DNA from: Trichosphaerium sp. ATCC 40318
Lineage: Eukaryota > Protista > Tubulinea
NCBI GenBank assembly: GCA_038496445.1
Contig: JALMLS010000612.1
Coordinates: 1 to 64,000 of the forward strand
Direction of reading: 5' to 3'
DNA length: 64,000 bases
Shown piece by piece: positions 1 to 14,723 of this stretch. Position numbers and translations under genes: made by a program. Position 1 is the first letter of the stretch. Each line of letters starts with the position of its first letter. A model generated the notes under the pieces. It had not been told where the DNA came from, ran no database searches, and was given only the letters and a program-made list of their open reading frames with translations.

Positions 1-698
1 ACAGACGAGTGCGCATACATAATTTGTTCAACGCTTTTTCTCATTCCTGTCAAGTCGCAAAACCAACGTCAGAGGAGATACTATTAGAAATTAAACAGCT
101 ACAAAACCCAAAAGAAAGCAGCACGGCCAGACAACACTTAGCCAAGCGTTTAGCCAAATTTTTAGTACTAGTACTACCCTTTGCGCGTAGCGGGTCAGTT
201 TTTAGGGCCAATTGGGGCTCTTTTTTTATTATTATTATGAAATTCCAGTTGTAGACTTGTTAATTATCACCAAAAATCTCTCTCTCTCACACCAACATAG
301 ATGAACCAAAGGTCGGTATGGCTGAAAGATTAATAGAGCTCGTACACAAGAGATTTTAGTCATGTCACTTGAAAAAGCAATACAAATAGAGGTGCGCTTT
401 GCACTCATTTTCTTTTGTATTTGGGTTCATTGCGCTGGCGACTGACATTTTTTGTTGTTGTAGAAAGCGGCGGTATGACAATCGCGGATGGTTCTCGTAA
501 GCGCACTTTTGGAGGTGTCTTCTTTAGATGTGTCAAATATAATTTACCACGTTCTCAACGTAAAATAGTAGAGTACGACCACATGTCTTCAATAGCTTTA
601 TCAACGAGAATTTAATTAATTTGTTGTAATTTTGGAAATGATTTTTTTTTTGACACTTTTTGAACAGGCTGTTTGGGAGCAAGCTACAGGCGAAGTAA
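1..698 (+). pseudogene. Mirror copy of the 3' part of the PHAX-like gene (truncated, frameshifted; possibly an artefact)
   Basis: Reverse complement of 3962..4663, with a 1-nt deletion in an exon (gtacacaag vs gtaccacaag). Confidence 0.6.
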
Positions 699-1026
699 TC
701 AAGAAAATCCAGAAAAAAGCAAAGTCCAATCACGGTAATCACGCACAAATGTACAAACTGAGTTCTGCTGCTTTTTGTACATAAACCAGCCTGACGTTTT
801 TTTTTTTCATTACGCACTAGCCAACCAAAAACAATAAATAAGCTTGACTGCCAACGATTGTGTACTCTCTTTTTTTTGATGGTAAGTTTTTTGCTGCAGT
901 ATTATTTTTGTTTGCCAGTATTTAAGGTGTAGGAACTTGTGCTAGACTCACTAGCCTATGGTTGTAATATTATAGTGAACAGCATAGCGTTGAAAAAAAT
1001 TGTATTTGTTCAAGGGAATTGTTGTT

Positions 1027-2072
1027 TCACTCGCGGTTAATAATTACAAACAACCCCAGAACGCCAATGAGGGCGAATTTGAGTGAAGGATAATCGTTCA
1101 TGATGATTGTTATTTGTCCTATGTATGGTAGGTACCTAAGATGTCAGTGAGTACTACATGGGCCATAATAACAAGTTAACCACAACACGAAGTACTTACC
1201 CTTTTGCTCTTCCTATGATGTGCTTGCGTTCCAACCACATTTGGCCTGGATTATATAATCCTCTATATTGCGTAAGGATATATAGAGAGTGGCCTCAAGT
1301 TACGACAAGAGGGGTAGGTAGCGAGAAAACGAAATAACATTGTTTTTTCTTTTTCGAAAATTGTTTTCTTGTGGTGGTAGGGTATTTACAACGTACCTGT
1401 CATCAATGTCGTTGTTGTCACCTTTCGTCAATAAGTTTATTGAGCCATCTTCTTTTTCATGAACTTGCAACACGCGATGCACAATAGGGATCGCTTTGCC
1501 CTATTTTTACGCTACGTCAGTACTGGTTTGTTTTCGCGCATTGCAAAAATAAAAAAAAAATAAAAGTTTTCCATTGCCGCTTTTACACGCTAACTCACCT
1601 CGAGACGGAATTACGACGATTTCACCTATCTGATTGGTGCGTCGCTTTGGTAAAGAAACAAAAGGTCTCCACGGTAAAATGCAGGTTCCATACTACCGCT
1701 AAAAGGAAAGTTAACGTGAATACATTGTTGTCGTATCTGTACACGCCCAACGCCCGTGTCAAATCCGCAAAAACAAAAAACTTTGTTTTAAAAAGTCAAA
1801 TTTACACCAAAACGCCGTGCGCACGTACCTAAGAACTACCACGATGGGGCTTTCGCTACCAGTTAATACTATGAGCGATTTCCATATCATTAGCGCCGTA
1901 CATACGATTAAACCAAAATTTATGGCGTGTTGTAGTACCTAGAACAAACGCGCTATGATTTAGAGGTTGTATGCGAAAGTATTGCTGAGTCATCGTGCTG
2001 TCGTACCATGCGGGGTGTCATGCGAGACACTCTACCAGCGCTTTCATTAAAAAGGTCTGAGAAAACGTTCAT
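1027..2072 (-). pseudogene. Mirror copy of SEC11 with exon indels (duplicate or sequencing artefact)
   Basis: Reverse complement of 2586..3632, with two compensating indels near 1610-1630. Confidence 0.6.
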
Positions 2073-2247
2073 TGCGTTGTGGGACCGTTGTGATTTTCTG
2101 AATGTATTTTTACTTTCGCAGACTGAAACGTCAGTTGGAAAGTATTATTGTGTCTTTAGACCATGTGTTAAATAACAAACATAGTGAGTGTAACAAATAA
2201 TAAATAAATGATAAAAAGTTTAGTGATTGTTTGCAAAAAATTAAAGG

Positions 2248-2407
2248 CTCTAACCCTAATTGTAAATTGTTATTTAGGGCTAGGGTTAGGTTTACAACCC
2301 TAATGATTATTGTGTGTTTTTGTTTAGGGTTAGGGTTAGGTTTACAACCTTATATAATTATAGGGTTTGCAATATTTTATGTGTAGTAGTTAGGGTTAGG
2401 GCTAGGC
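2248..2407. repeat. Degenerate telomere-like TTAGGG/CCCTAA cluster at the palindrome centre
   Basis: ctaaccctaa, ttagggctagggttagg, ttagggttagggttagg and ttagggttagggctagg; the block tagggttaggtttacaacc occurs twice. Confidence 0.85.
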
Positions 2408-2585
2408 CTTTGGTTTTTTTGCAAACAATCATTAAACAGCTTTTATCATTTGTTTATTATTTGTTACACTCACTATGTTTGTTATTTAACACATGGTCTA
2501 AAGACACAATAATACTTTCCAACTGACGTTTCAGTCTGCGAAAGTAAAAATACATTCAGAAAATCACAACCGGTCCCACAACGCA

Positions 2586-3632
2586 ATGAACGTTTTCTCA
2601 GACCTTTTTAATGAAAGCGCTGGTAGCGTGTCTCGCATGACACCCCGCATGGTACGACAGCACGATGACTCAGCAATACTTTCGCATACAACCTCTAAAT
2701 CATAGCGCGTTTGTTCTAGGTACTACAACACGCCATAAATTTTGGTTTAATCGTATGTACGGCGCTAATGATATGGAAATCGCTCATAGTATTAACTGGT
2801 AGCGAAAGCCCCATCGTGGTAGTTCTTAGGTACGTGCGCACGGCGTTTTGGTGTAAATTTGACTTTTTAAAACAAAGTTTTTTGTTTTTGCGGATTTGAC
2901 ACGGGCGTTGGGCGTGTACAGATACGACAACAATGTATTCACGTTAACTTTCCTTTTAGCGGTAGTATGGAACCTGCATTTTACCGTGGAGACCTTTTGT
3001 TTCTTTACCAAAGCGACGCACCAATCAGAATAGGTGAAATCGTCGTATTCCGTCTCGAGGTGAGTTAGTGTGTAAAGCGGCAATGGAAAACTTTTATTTT
3101 TTTTTATTTTTGCAATGCGCGAAAACAAACCAGTACTGACGTAGCGTAAAAATAGGGCAAAGCGATCCCTATTGTGCATCGCGTGTTGCAAGTTCATGAA
3201 AAAGAAGATGGCTCAATAAACTTATTGACGAAAGGTGACAACAACGACATTGATGACAGGTACGTTGTAAATACCCTACCACCACAAGAAAAACAATTTT
3301 CGAAAAAAGAAAAAACAATGTTATTTCGTTTTCTCGCTACCTACCCCCTCTTGTCGTAACTTGAGGCCACTCTCTATATATCCTTACGCAATATAGAGGA
3401 TTATATAATCCAGGCCAAATGTGGTTGGAACGCAAGCACATCATAGGAAGAGCAAAAGGGTAAGTACTTCGTGTTGTGGTTAACTTGTTATTATGGCCCA
3501 TGTAGTACTCACTGACATCTTAGGTACCTACCATACATAGGACAAATAACAATCATCATGAACGATTATCCTTCACTCAAATTCGCCCTCATTGGCGTTC
3601 TGGGGTTGTTTGTAATTATTAACCGCGAGTGA
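2586..3632 (+). CDS. SEC11: Signal peptidase complex catalytic subunit (6 exons)
   Basis: Spliced: [38 protein letters not shown]...IPIVHRV...[14 protein letters not shown]...[17 protein letters not shown]. Confidence 0.97.
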
Positions 3633-3961
3633 AACAACAATTCCCTTGAACAAATACAATTTTTTTCAACGCTATGCTGTTCACTATAATATTACAACCA
3701 TAGGCCAGTGAGTCTAGCACAAGTTCCTACACCTTAAATACTGGCAAACAAAAATAATACTGCAGCAAAAACTTACCAGCAAAAAAAAAAAGAGAGTACA
3801 CAATCGTTGGCAGTCAAACTTATTTATTGTTTTTGGTTGGCTAGTGCGTAATGAAAAAAAAAACGTCAGGCTGGTTTATGTACAAAAAGCAGCAGAACTC
3901 AGTTTGTACATTTGTGCGTGATTACCGTGATTGGACTTTGCTTTTTTCTGGATTTTCTTGA

Positions 3962-4863
3962 TTACTTCGCCTGTAGCTTGCTCCCAAACAGCCCTGTTCA
4001 AAAAGTGTCAAAAAAAAAATCATTTCCAAAATTACAACAAATTAATTAAATTCTCGTTGATAAAGCTATTGAAGACATGTGGTCGTACTCTACTATTTTA
4101 CGTTGAGAACGTGGTAAATTATATTTGACACATCTAAAGAAGACACCTCCAAAAGTGCGCTTACGAGAACCATCCGCGATTGTCATACCGCCGCTTTCCT
4201 ACAACAACAAAAAAATGTCAGTCGCCAGCGCAATGAACCCAATACAAAAGAAAATGAGTGCAAAGCGCACCTCTATTTGTATTGCTTTTTCAAGTGACAT
4301 GACTAAAATCTCTTGTGGTACGAGCTCTATTAATCTTTCAGCCATACCGACCTTTGGTTCATCTATGTTGGTGTGAGAGAGAGAGATTTTTGGTGATAAT
4401 TAACAAGTCTACAACTGGAATTTCATAATAATAATAAAAAAAGAGCCCCAATTGGCCCTAAAAACTGACCCGCTACGCGCAAAGGGTAGTACTAGTACCT
4501 AAAAATTTGGCTAAACGCTTGGCTAAGTGTTGTCTGGCCGTGCTGCTTTCTTTTGGGTTTTGTAGCTGTTTAATTTCTAATAGTATCTCCTCTGACGTTG
4601 GTTTTGCGACTTGACAGGAATGAGAAAAAGCGTTGAACAAATTATGTATGCGCACTCGTCTGTAAGACCTTCACGCGTGTAGTCCTAACTTCCTCAAGCT
4701 TCGTTGTAGGGGGTTCGGCTGTTTTTCGTTGCTTCACAGTGTATGGGTTGTAGCGTCTCTTGTTCTTCTTACGACGCATTTTACCGTTTGTTGGCGCATT
4801 TTTGTTATTTTTTGGTGCTGTAGAATTGTCTACATCCATAGAATCTCCACGATTGCTGGCCAT
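3962..4863 (-). CDS. PHAX RNA-binding-domain protein (multi-exon; 3' end approximate)
   Basis: The motif IE.ESGGMTIADGSRKRTFGGVFF matches the PHAX RBD signature GGM.T.DG.RRRTPGGVF. The N-terminus carries a basic NLS-like stretch. Confidence 0.8.
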
Positions 4864-4999
4864 TTGTGTGTGTCTAATTGTAAGTGTAAAAATGTACTAA
4901 TTGACCATCGGCGAGCTTAATTTTTTGACCTGATTTAATTTCTTTCTTTAAATTACGCCCAAAAGTAACGACGCGGTTAACCCGTTTAGCGCCACAAAA

Positions 5000-7900
5000 A
5001 TGATAGACAGCCTAATACGGCATAAAACTTTGTTCAAAAGATTATTTGTGGCTTTTGTCGTTTTAACAACTGTCGCTATATTCATATATTTCGTTACGCA
5101 AACAGCTGAGCCAACGCGTATCGAAAAGTTATTGTCTGCAATGTCCATGGACGAAAAAATCGGACAAATGACTCAGGTACGCCTACAAATCGGTCAACTA
5201 CCCTTCATTCTGGTTAAAACGGGTAATGTAGCTCACAATTGGCGCACTGTTGAAGGAAGGCACTCTGGATATTGACCCAGAGAAGCTACAGATGGCAACA
5301 AAGAAATACATGGTGGGCATGTGATAATAAACAAGAAATTTCCATTTTAGATATTTCCCACATAACCAAATGGATGCTAACGTTACTCATCACCAGGTTC
5401 TTTCTTCAACTCACCCTTTTCTGAGAGCCTAGTGCAAGGTACGGCACATAAAAACTTCAACGACCTTTTATTTGACTTTTGTTACCATTTTAGGCCTAGA
5501 GTCGTGGAATGTGTCATCGTGGCTTCATTTTACAACATCACTTCAAAAAGCATCAGTAGGTATGTACCCCCCACTCTATACCAACATCCGTTATGCATAG
5601 TCTCACATGTGACATAGAAAACTCACCCAATAAGATTCCTATGCTCTACGCGTTAGATAGTATGCACGGGGCTAACTATGTAAAGAGCACGTGATTAACA
5701 GTAAACACAAAACCCTTCCACGTTTTAACATCTTTTTTCCTTTAGATGCCACATTGTTCCCACACGTGAGTGCAACCGATTCGTGTTGTAATAGTCTAAG
5801 TTGTATTGTTTAGAATTTAGGATTGGCAGCAACATTCAATCCATCCCTTGTAGCGAAAGCGGGAGTAATAACCACCAAAGATACATAGTGCGGTTTTTTC
5901 GGCATAATCTACTACTGGTAAAAACTTTTGAATAACATCACCCTCTTTAGCGCTGCTGGAGTGCCGTGGGTATTTGCTCCCGTAAATGATCTAGGCGTAC
6001 AACCGCTGTGGCCAAGATTCTACGAAACTGTATAAACACCCACATGCTATTTTTTTTCTTTCTTACGATTGTTTGAGTGGGGAGAAGACCCTTACCTATC
6101 TTCAGTCATGGCTGATGCTGTTGTAAAAGGTATTGAGGACTACAAAATAGATGGAACTAAACGAACCGCTTCATGTGCAAAGCACTATCTTGGATACTCG
6201 GATCCACAAAACGGCAAAGATAGAAATCCTGTCTGGGTAAAAACAATTCGGAATTGGGTTTTATTTTTAAGTGTTAATTCTTCTACCCGTAGATACCAGA
6301 TAACATGTTGAAGCGATACTATGTACCTCCTTTCAACGCTTCAGTACGTGCAGGTACAACAACCGTGATGATAAACAGCGGGTCGCTCAATGGTGTTCCT
6401 ATACACAGGTGCGCTGGTCAAAGTATTTTACCTGCTAACTAATTGTTTAAGTTCATACAAGTACCTTACAACACTTCTACGAGACGAACTTGGATTTGAA
6501 GGTATGTGTAATAGTACATGATTATTTGTGCGTTGTCATTGATATATGATAATATAGGCGTCGCTGTTACTGATTGGGAGGCACGGATCATTATGCTAAA
6601 ACTGAATGTCACTAACGATATTTAAATGCAGGATATATTGAAGCTTTTCTATTTTCATAAAGTGGCTCCAACAGTCAAAGATGCACGCAACAACTAAAAA
6701 CTAACACCTCTTTTTTCGCTTCTTTGTGTAATATTCCAAATCAGGCAGTATTAATGGCAATCAACGCCGGTGTAGACATGTCAATGGATCCAATGACTTA
6801 TACCTTCTCTGATTTACTCAAAGAGCTAGTGAATGAAGGCAAAGTATCAGAGGAGCGCATAGACTTGAGCGTAAAGTACGTATTGTCTAATACAACCAAC
6901 AAAAAAAAAAACTAAAAGAGCAACCTAGACGTATTCTTGTACTCAAAGAAAAACTTGGCCTTCTGGACGACCCGTACCCAGACCTTGAGAATCCGTACAC
7001 TCTAAAGTATTATCCACATTATTAAAAATCGCGTTTAGTAACATCGCAAGTGTTGGTAGTCTTGAGGACTACCAAACATCAGAGGAAATTACGCGTGAAA
7101 CAATAACGCTTTTAAAAAATAACGAAGACGTTCTCCCAATACAGCCTGATTTTTCTGGAAATATTCTTGTCACTGGTCCAGCTGTGCGTTGATCGGTTAC
7201 CTATTTTTGCAGAAGTTTTAATGGTCAAAGATAGGCAAATAGTCTTGTTATACAGAATGGAGGATGGTATGACATATTTGTTCCAAAGTAAAAATGTTAT
7301 GCCTCACAAAATTTACTTCGTGTTAGGACCATACACTGGCAAGGCGCTTTTAATGACGGTGAATTTTCGCGTGGAGCAACCATATTCGATGGCATGCAGA
7401 GTGAATTCAGTTCTGCTAATGTGACATATGTTGAGGTATCAAACTAATAGCTATCAGTTGAACGATCACTCGCACATTGTTCCTAATATTTGGTTGTAGG
7501 GTTGTAATTTAACACATCTGACAGACTCCGAGAAAGCCTACCAAGCAGCTGCTGCAGCATCCTATGTTGTAGTTTGTCTTGGAGAAGAACCAATGGCAGA
7601 GTTCCTTGGAGATATTGACGACTTGTACAGCAACCACAACCCCTTAGGTTTTTTTTGTTAACCAATCATCCTTTTAAGGACATTTTCTGAAGCACAACTT
7701 AATTTCGTGACCGGTTTATCCATGTCACCAGCAAAGATAATTTTGGGTAAGCTCTTCTTACTTTTTATTTGCTAAACAACATATGCTTACGCATCACCCA
7801 TAGTATTGATTGAAGCCAGACCTCGATTATTTACACGTGTGGAACAATTGACTAACGCAGTCATCATGGCTTATCTTCCTGGATCTGGTCAGATTCTACT

Positions 7901-8544
7901 ACTTTTTTTTTTGCTCACTTTCGGGTTAGCTGGAGGCACTGCAATATCAGAAGTAATTTCTGGAAAAGTGAATCCAAGCGGGAAACTGCCAATTACTTAC
8001 CCTGCTTACGTGAACGATATTCGTGTGCCATACTATCACAAACCAACTGCTTTGACCAATCCACTTTACACATTTGGACATGGACTCAGTTACACAACTT
8101 TCTCATATACTAATCTGACTGTACAGTCTCAAGTACGTTCTCTTTACCTATTTTTTTTTTCTCTACTTTCCCTGACGCTGCACTAAGTTCACATTGGGGA
8201 GCAATGTGTCTGTTAGTGTAATAGTAGAGAATAACGGTACAGTAACCGGTGATGAAACAGTTATACTGGTACGTCTTTTGTTGGTTTTTGTACTTATAAT
8301 TCAAAACTAAATACTTATCAAATACTAGTATTTGAGTGACGTGGTGGCGTCTGTAGTACCCGAAGTGAAAATGATGAAAGCTTTTGAGAAAATAACATTG
8401 GAGCCTGGTCAAACACAAAAGGTGGAATTCACTCTAACACCATGGGACTTTATGTTTGTCGATCAAGAACAAAACTATGTAACTGAACAGGGAATGTTCC
8501 TTATAACTACAGGCCACGTACAGGCAAACACGACTTTGGTGTGA
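5000..8544 (+). CDS. Glycoside hydrolase family 3 beta-glucosidase, N-terminal anchor, many introns
   Basis: [45 protein letters not shown] (nucleophile), [20 protein letters not shown] and an FnIII-like C-terminus. Confidence 0.96.
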
Positions 8545-8790
8545 AAATACAACCCAAAAAGAACTAACAACAAATTTGTTTTAATAACACAAATTTTTTT
8601 TGTACATGCCTATCTTTGACTATGCCGCTTAATCATACTCTCACAACAAATATCTGGTGGCCGTGCAGTGTGTGGGACAGATTGACACTGCTTTTTGCTT
8701 TGACTGTTCTTTGACTCGAAAAGTTTTTCGGTGCTGTTGTTGGGGCTTGTACCCTTTTTTTTTTTATCAGCAAATTGTTTTTGGAACATC

Positions 8791-10522
<1,732 letters not shown>

Positions 10523-10707
10523 ATAAAAACCTCTTATGTACTCCCTAAATTAGCTGCTTGACACCCCAACGTGGCAAACTATTTCTCACACGACCTTCAC
10601 CCAGCCATTAGTTACGGGTGGTAGGATTTAAGCGAACTTGCTATTAGTAAGTAGGTCGCTTCAGTGAACTCTCCGGCTTGTACCAATAAAAAAAGAAACC
10701 ACGAGCG

Positions 10708-11477
10708 ATGAATCTGTTCCTGTTGTCTATATTACCTTCTATTCTTGCCAAATTTCTATGTGACAAGCATTTGTGCGCGATGGCAATTGAGGTAATTGGT
10801 GGGCTTTACGCAACGCACTCTAAAGAGCAAAGAAACAATAAAAAGGCACCTTTCGAATCAACTGGCACATGTCACGGTTATAAAAGCGTGCCGTACCATC
10901 ACGCAATTGCCAAATGGATGCGCACGTCCATAAACAACTACAACTGGGCTGTGAAGGTACGTTTCGTTTCTTTCTACTTCTTCTTCTAAATTAAATGTCA
11001 CAAACGATTTAAAAGGTCGCTGATGCCGTTGACAAAGAATACACAAAGCGTTACAAGCGCATACACTCCAGTAGAGCGCACATTGAATGGTTCAAAGCCA
11101 ATACACCAGACCTAATGGGTGTAGACACACCACTGTCTAAGACCGCCACGTAAGAGCGTAACCGTTTGCGTTGATTTTGTTTACGTTTTTTTTTTTGCAG
11201 ATACGCCACAACAGGCATCCCAGAAGGCTGTACACCATTTCCACTGTGCATGCCAAAGAAGTATTGCTCAGACAACGCTGTTAAATCGTACCAAGCGTAC
11301 GTTATAGGAGAAAAGACCCATTTCGCCAAATGGAACCACACATCAACACCACAGTGGTACATTGAAGGTGTCAAGCGAAAGAGAGCACTAGAATACGACT
11401 CTGAGCCACAAATACTTAAAGCGAAAAAACGTCGCAAGAAAACAGTAGCGACACAAGATGCGTTTGTTGGCGCCTAG
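10708..11477 (+). CDS. Pyrimidine-dimer DNA glycosylase (T4 endonuclease V-like) family protein, 3 exons
   Basis: MNLF..LCDKH..M.IE, YK...HH...W.R.S..NY.W, EYTKRY.RIH, MPKKY..DNAVKSYQAY...KTHFAKW. This motif order is recalled from phage/bacterial DenV-like proteins. Confidence 0.72.
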
Positions 11478-11619
11478 CCATTTTTAAAAGGCCACTCGGA
11501 AACAAAAAGTAAATACAATAAACTAAGTTGCGAAAGAATTTTTCACAAAAAGACTTTGTTCAGACTATCTTTGTTCTATCTAAATTCCCACTTCAGTCAC
11601 AGCACTAGATAATTACAAT

Positions 11620-11991
11620 ATGGAAGACAGCGAAGGAAAGAAGATTGATTTATACATCCCTAGAAAATGGTGCGTATGTTGTTTTGGAGAAAAAAACAGC
11701 CGAAATATGTCGCAATCGCGACCATAATACAAGCTGAAGCTAAATACGCATTAATTGGTTGTTATCTAATTTTTTTTTTCTTTTAGCTCAGCATCTAACA
11801 GAACAATTGCTGCTAAAGATCACGCAGCCGTACAAATTAACATCGGCAAACTAAATGAAGACGGTGTTTTCACAGGTTCTTTTACTCCTGTCGCTATCTG
11901 CGGGTTCTTGCGTAAACGTGGTCGCGGTGACGAAGCTTTCAACAGAGTCGCCACAGAGCAAGGTTTTCTCAACGGCGTGTACAACTATTAA
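11620..11991 (+). CDS. RPS21: 40S ribosomal protein S21 (2 exons)
   Basis: [37 protein letters not shown]. Confidence 0.97.
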
Positions 11992-12432
11992 AAGTGTATC
12001 CACGCTAAATAATAGTATTAAAGCGTAATGTAATTATTAAATGCGCGTTGAAAAGGATAAGGATTCAAGTTTTAATTTGAACAAAAAAAACAACAAAAAA
12101 AAAAATTTTTGACACACGGGGTCAGTATCATTTGCTTTGCGAGTTTGTTAGTACAAAGCAGAATTCTGTGTATGTCATGGCGCCAAAGAACAAGTTTTTG
12201 GCGCGGGGGGTTAAGTTGAACGACAAAGTTTAAGCTAAATTGGTACAGTCAACGTGTCACACTCAAAGTCAGCAACCTCACTAGGTAACACTATTTCGCA
12301 ATTTTGCGCAAAAACTCTCTTTTTTGCGCCTTGTCTTTTTTATTTATTGTTTGCAGCGCCAAAGTACTTATTGGTATCGTTTTTTTGCCTTGTTTTGGCT
12401 TGAATCTGTTAATTAGACTATAGCGTACCGCC

Positions 12433-14535
12433 ATGGAGAGCGTAGATGAAGTGCTAGATTACATACGAACTGCCAGTGGCGGCAGTTTCGAACTAAGTGA
12501 ACTTTGCTACCTATTTTGTTTTCTACTGTCGTATCCGCTCTCATTGATACACAGGTACGTCGTGAGACATAATTATTACGTAGTTGCCAATAGCGCTACC
12601 ATTTCTGTAAATCATACATAAGTGACGGTTTACAAATAGGCAAATACCTTCGACAACCATAAAACACCTATTCACTACTGTTTCTGGAGTTTCCTTCTTG
12701 ATGATTGTATTTGGCCCTTATCAATGGCTTCACCAGCTTGCATCATCAACAGGAGTGTACCTCGTACGTTTTCGACCTAAACGGAAATTCCATTAAAAAA
12801 AAAAATGCAGTGAAACTAAACAGCCCTCTGTAGATTATGTGGCTTCTTAGCAAGCGCTACGCACACCACATTGCAAACATATTTATTTGGGGTTATATTA
12901 TGGCTTTGCAAGGTTATAGAGTGCTCTATCTAGGCAGTGGACTCGATATTAGCAGTACATATTTTTTTTAAACTTCCCACATAAGAATTAGCGCTTTCAG
13001 AAAAGTCGTTATAACATACCTATGTACTGTATTCACCTAACATGTTTTGTCTGCAGTGATTCAAATGTTATTGACTCTAAGGTTGATGGCCTTTGCATGG
13101 AATGTGTATGATGGAGATCAGTTAAACAAGAACAAAGATATCCATCGTACGTCAAAATAGTCCTCTTTTGTTTTTCAAACTCACCCTTTTTTTTTTTTAG
13201 CGGACTTTAAACCAAACGCTGTTAGGAAAATGCCTTCTATTATAGAATTCTACGGGTTCTGCTTTTTGTTCACATCAGTATTGGCTGGACCTATCATTGA
13301 ATTTAACAAATACATGGCAATGACTGATTTATCTCTATATGACAACGCTGAGACGAAAGGTACCTGAGTAATATTTTCTTCTAGTAATAATCGATATGTC
13401 CAGGCAAAAATCCACCTGCATTGTTACCTTCACTTTCATGTGTACTACAAGCAATCGTTTGGATGAGTTTACATCTTGTATGGCTACAATTATTCCCGTG
13501 GAAGTGGGTTCTTCATGATGACTTTATTCAACATCCAAGCATTGCTTACAAATGGTTCTATACCTGGTTGGGTATGGTCGGTATTCGTTTTTATTACTAC
13601 TTTGCGTGGAAGATCTCTGAGGTACTACAAACAAAATACGCCATTTTCCTGACATTTCTGTCATTTATTTATGACATTTTTTTCTTTTTTTTTTTTCAAT
13701 TATTTATTATTTGTGTTTCAACTGTTGTAACTCAGGGCGCCAATGTGTTGATCGGATTGGGTTGGCAAAAGGACAAAGAAGGCGTTGTTAACTACAACGG
13801 TACCCAGAATATCAAGATAGTCATGTGGGAAACAGCACAAAGTATTCGTGATTTGGCTCTATCTTGGAATGTATCAGTTGCCACTAATTTGAGATTGTAT
13901 TGTTACTTGCGCGTCCCAGCAGGTACTCTTTATATAAACAACTTACTATTTAGATCCTTATTATTACACTCCTAGGTAAGAATGGGAGGCCAACAAACTT
14001 TGCCTTGTATGCTACAAACGTATTGAGTGCATTATGGCATGGCCTATACCCAGGCACGTAATTATAAAATGTTGATAATTTTTTTTTGAATTTTGTTGGC
14101 GCTCTTTTACCGTCGTTGTGGCTCTTTTAACCAAAGATGGATTTTTTTTTTCACTAAATATTGTATGTTGTAGGTTATTTATTCGCCTTTTTCTTCTTCG
14201 CACTTTGCACTGATATTGGTCGACGTTTCCGTAAACGATTCCGTCCTTACTTTGTCTATAATTCTGGGGACAAGAAAAAAGAGCGTCCACGTGAGCCTTG
14301 GAAGACGTTGTACAACTTGTTTGGCATCTTTGTCACTCACGCAATCTTGCACTACAACTTTATGCCATTTGCTTTGCTGAACTGGGCTGACATTTACCAT
14401 TTTTACAACGACGGATTACACTGGGCTGGACATATTATTATGCTTACCACATTGTTTACGCTTATTCTATTGGATACAGTGTGCCCTGTAAGGAAGCCAC
14501 GTCGTGCCAGCGATAAAACCCAAAAAAAAGAGTAA
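12433..14535 (+). CDS. MBOAT-family lysophospholipid acyltransferase
   Basis: Multi-TM protein with QMLLTLRLMAFAWNVYDG, LAGP, RFYYYFAWKISE, SWN and the catalytic ALWHGLYPGY. Confidence 0.92.
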
Positions 14536-14723
14536 AAAAAATATTACACTGGTTGGGAGGCAATGCCTTCGACCGTTTTTGGTTCCACCAGAAAAAAAAA
14601 TCATGGGTTAATGTTTTATTCGTTACACTTCCTGAACAATCTTGACTGGGATTGCTCCTGCGTTATTCAACAAGTTTGTTTTGTTTGAATTACGCAAGCA
14701 CTCGGCTTGTAGAAGGTTACAAA

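Larger units (their letters stand above)
1..4663. repeat. Giant inverted repeat: arm 1..~2260 is the reverse complement of ~2390..4663
   Basis: The window start acagacgagtgcgcatac is the reverse complement of 4646-4663. Mirrored ORFs occur on opposite strands (e.g. 1300..1482- vs 3174..3359+). The arms differ by scattered 1-nt indels and a few substitutions. Confidence 0.98.
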
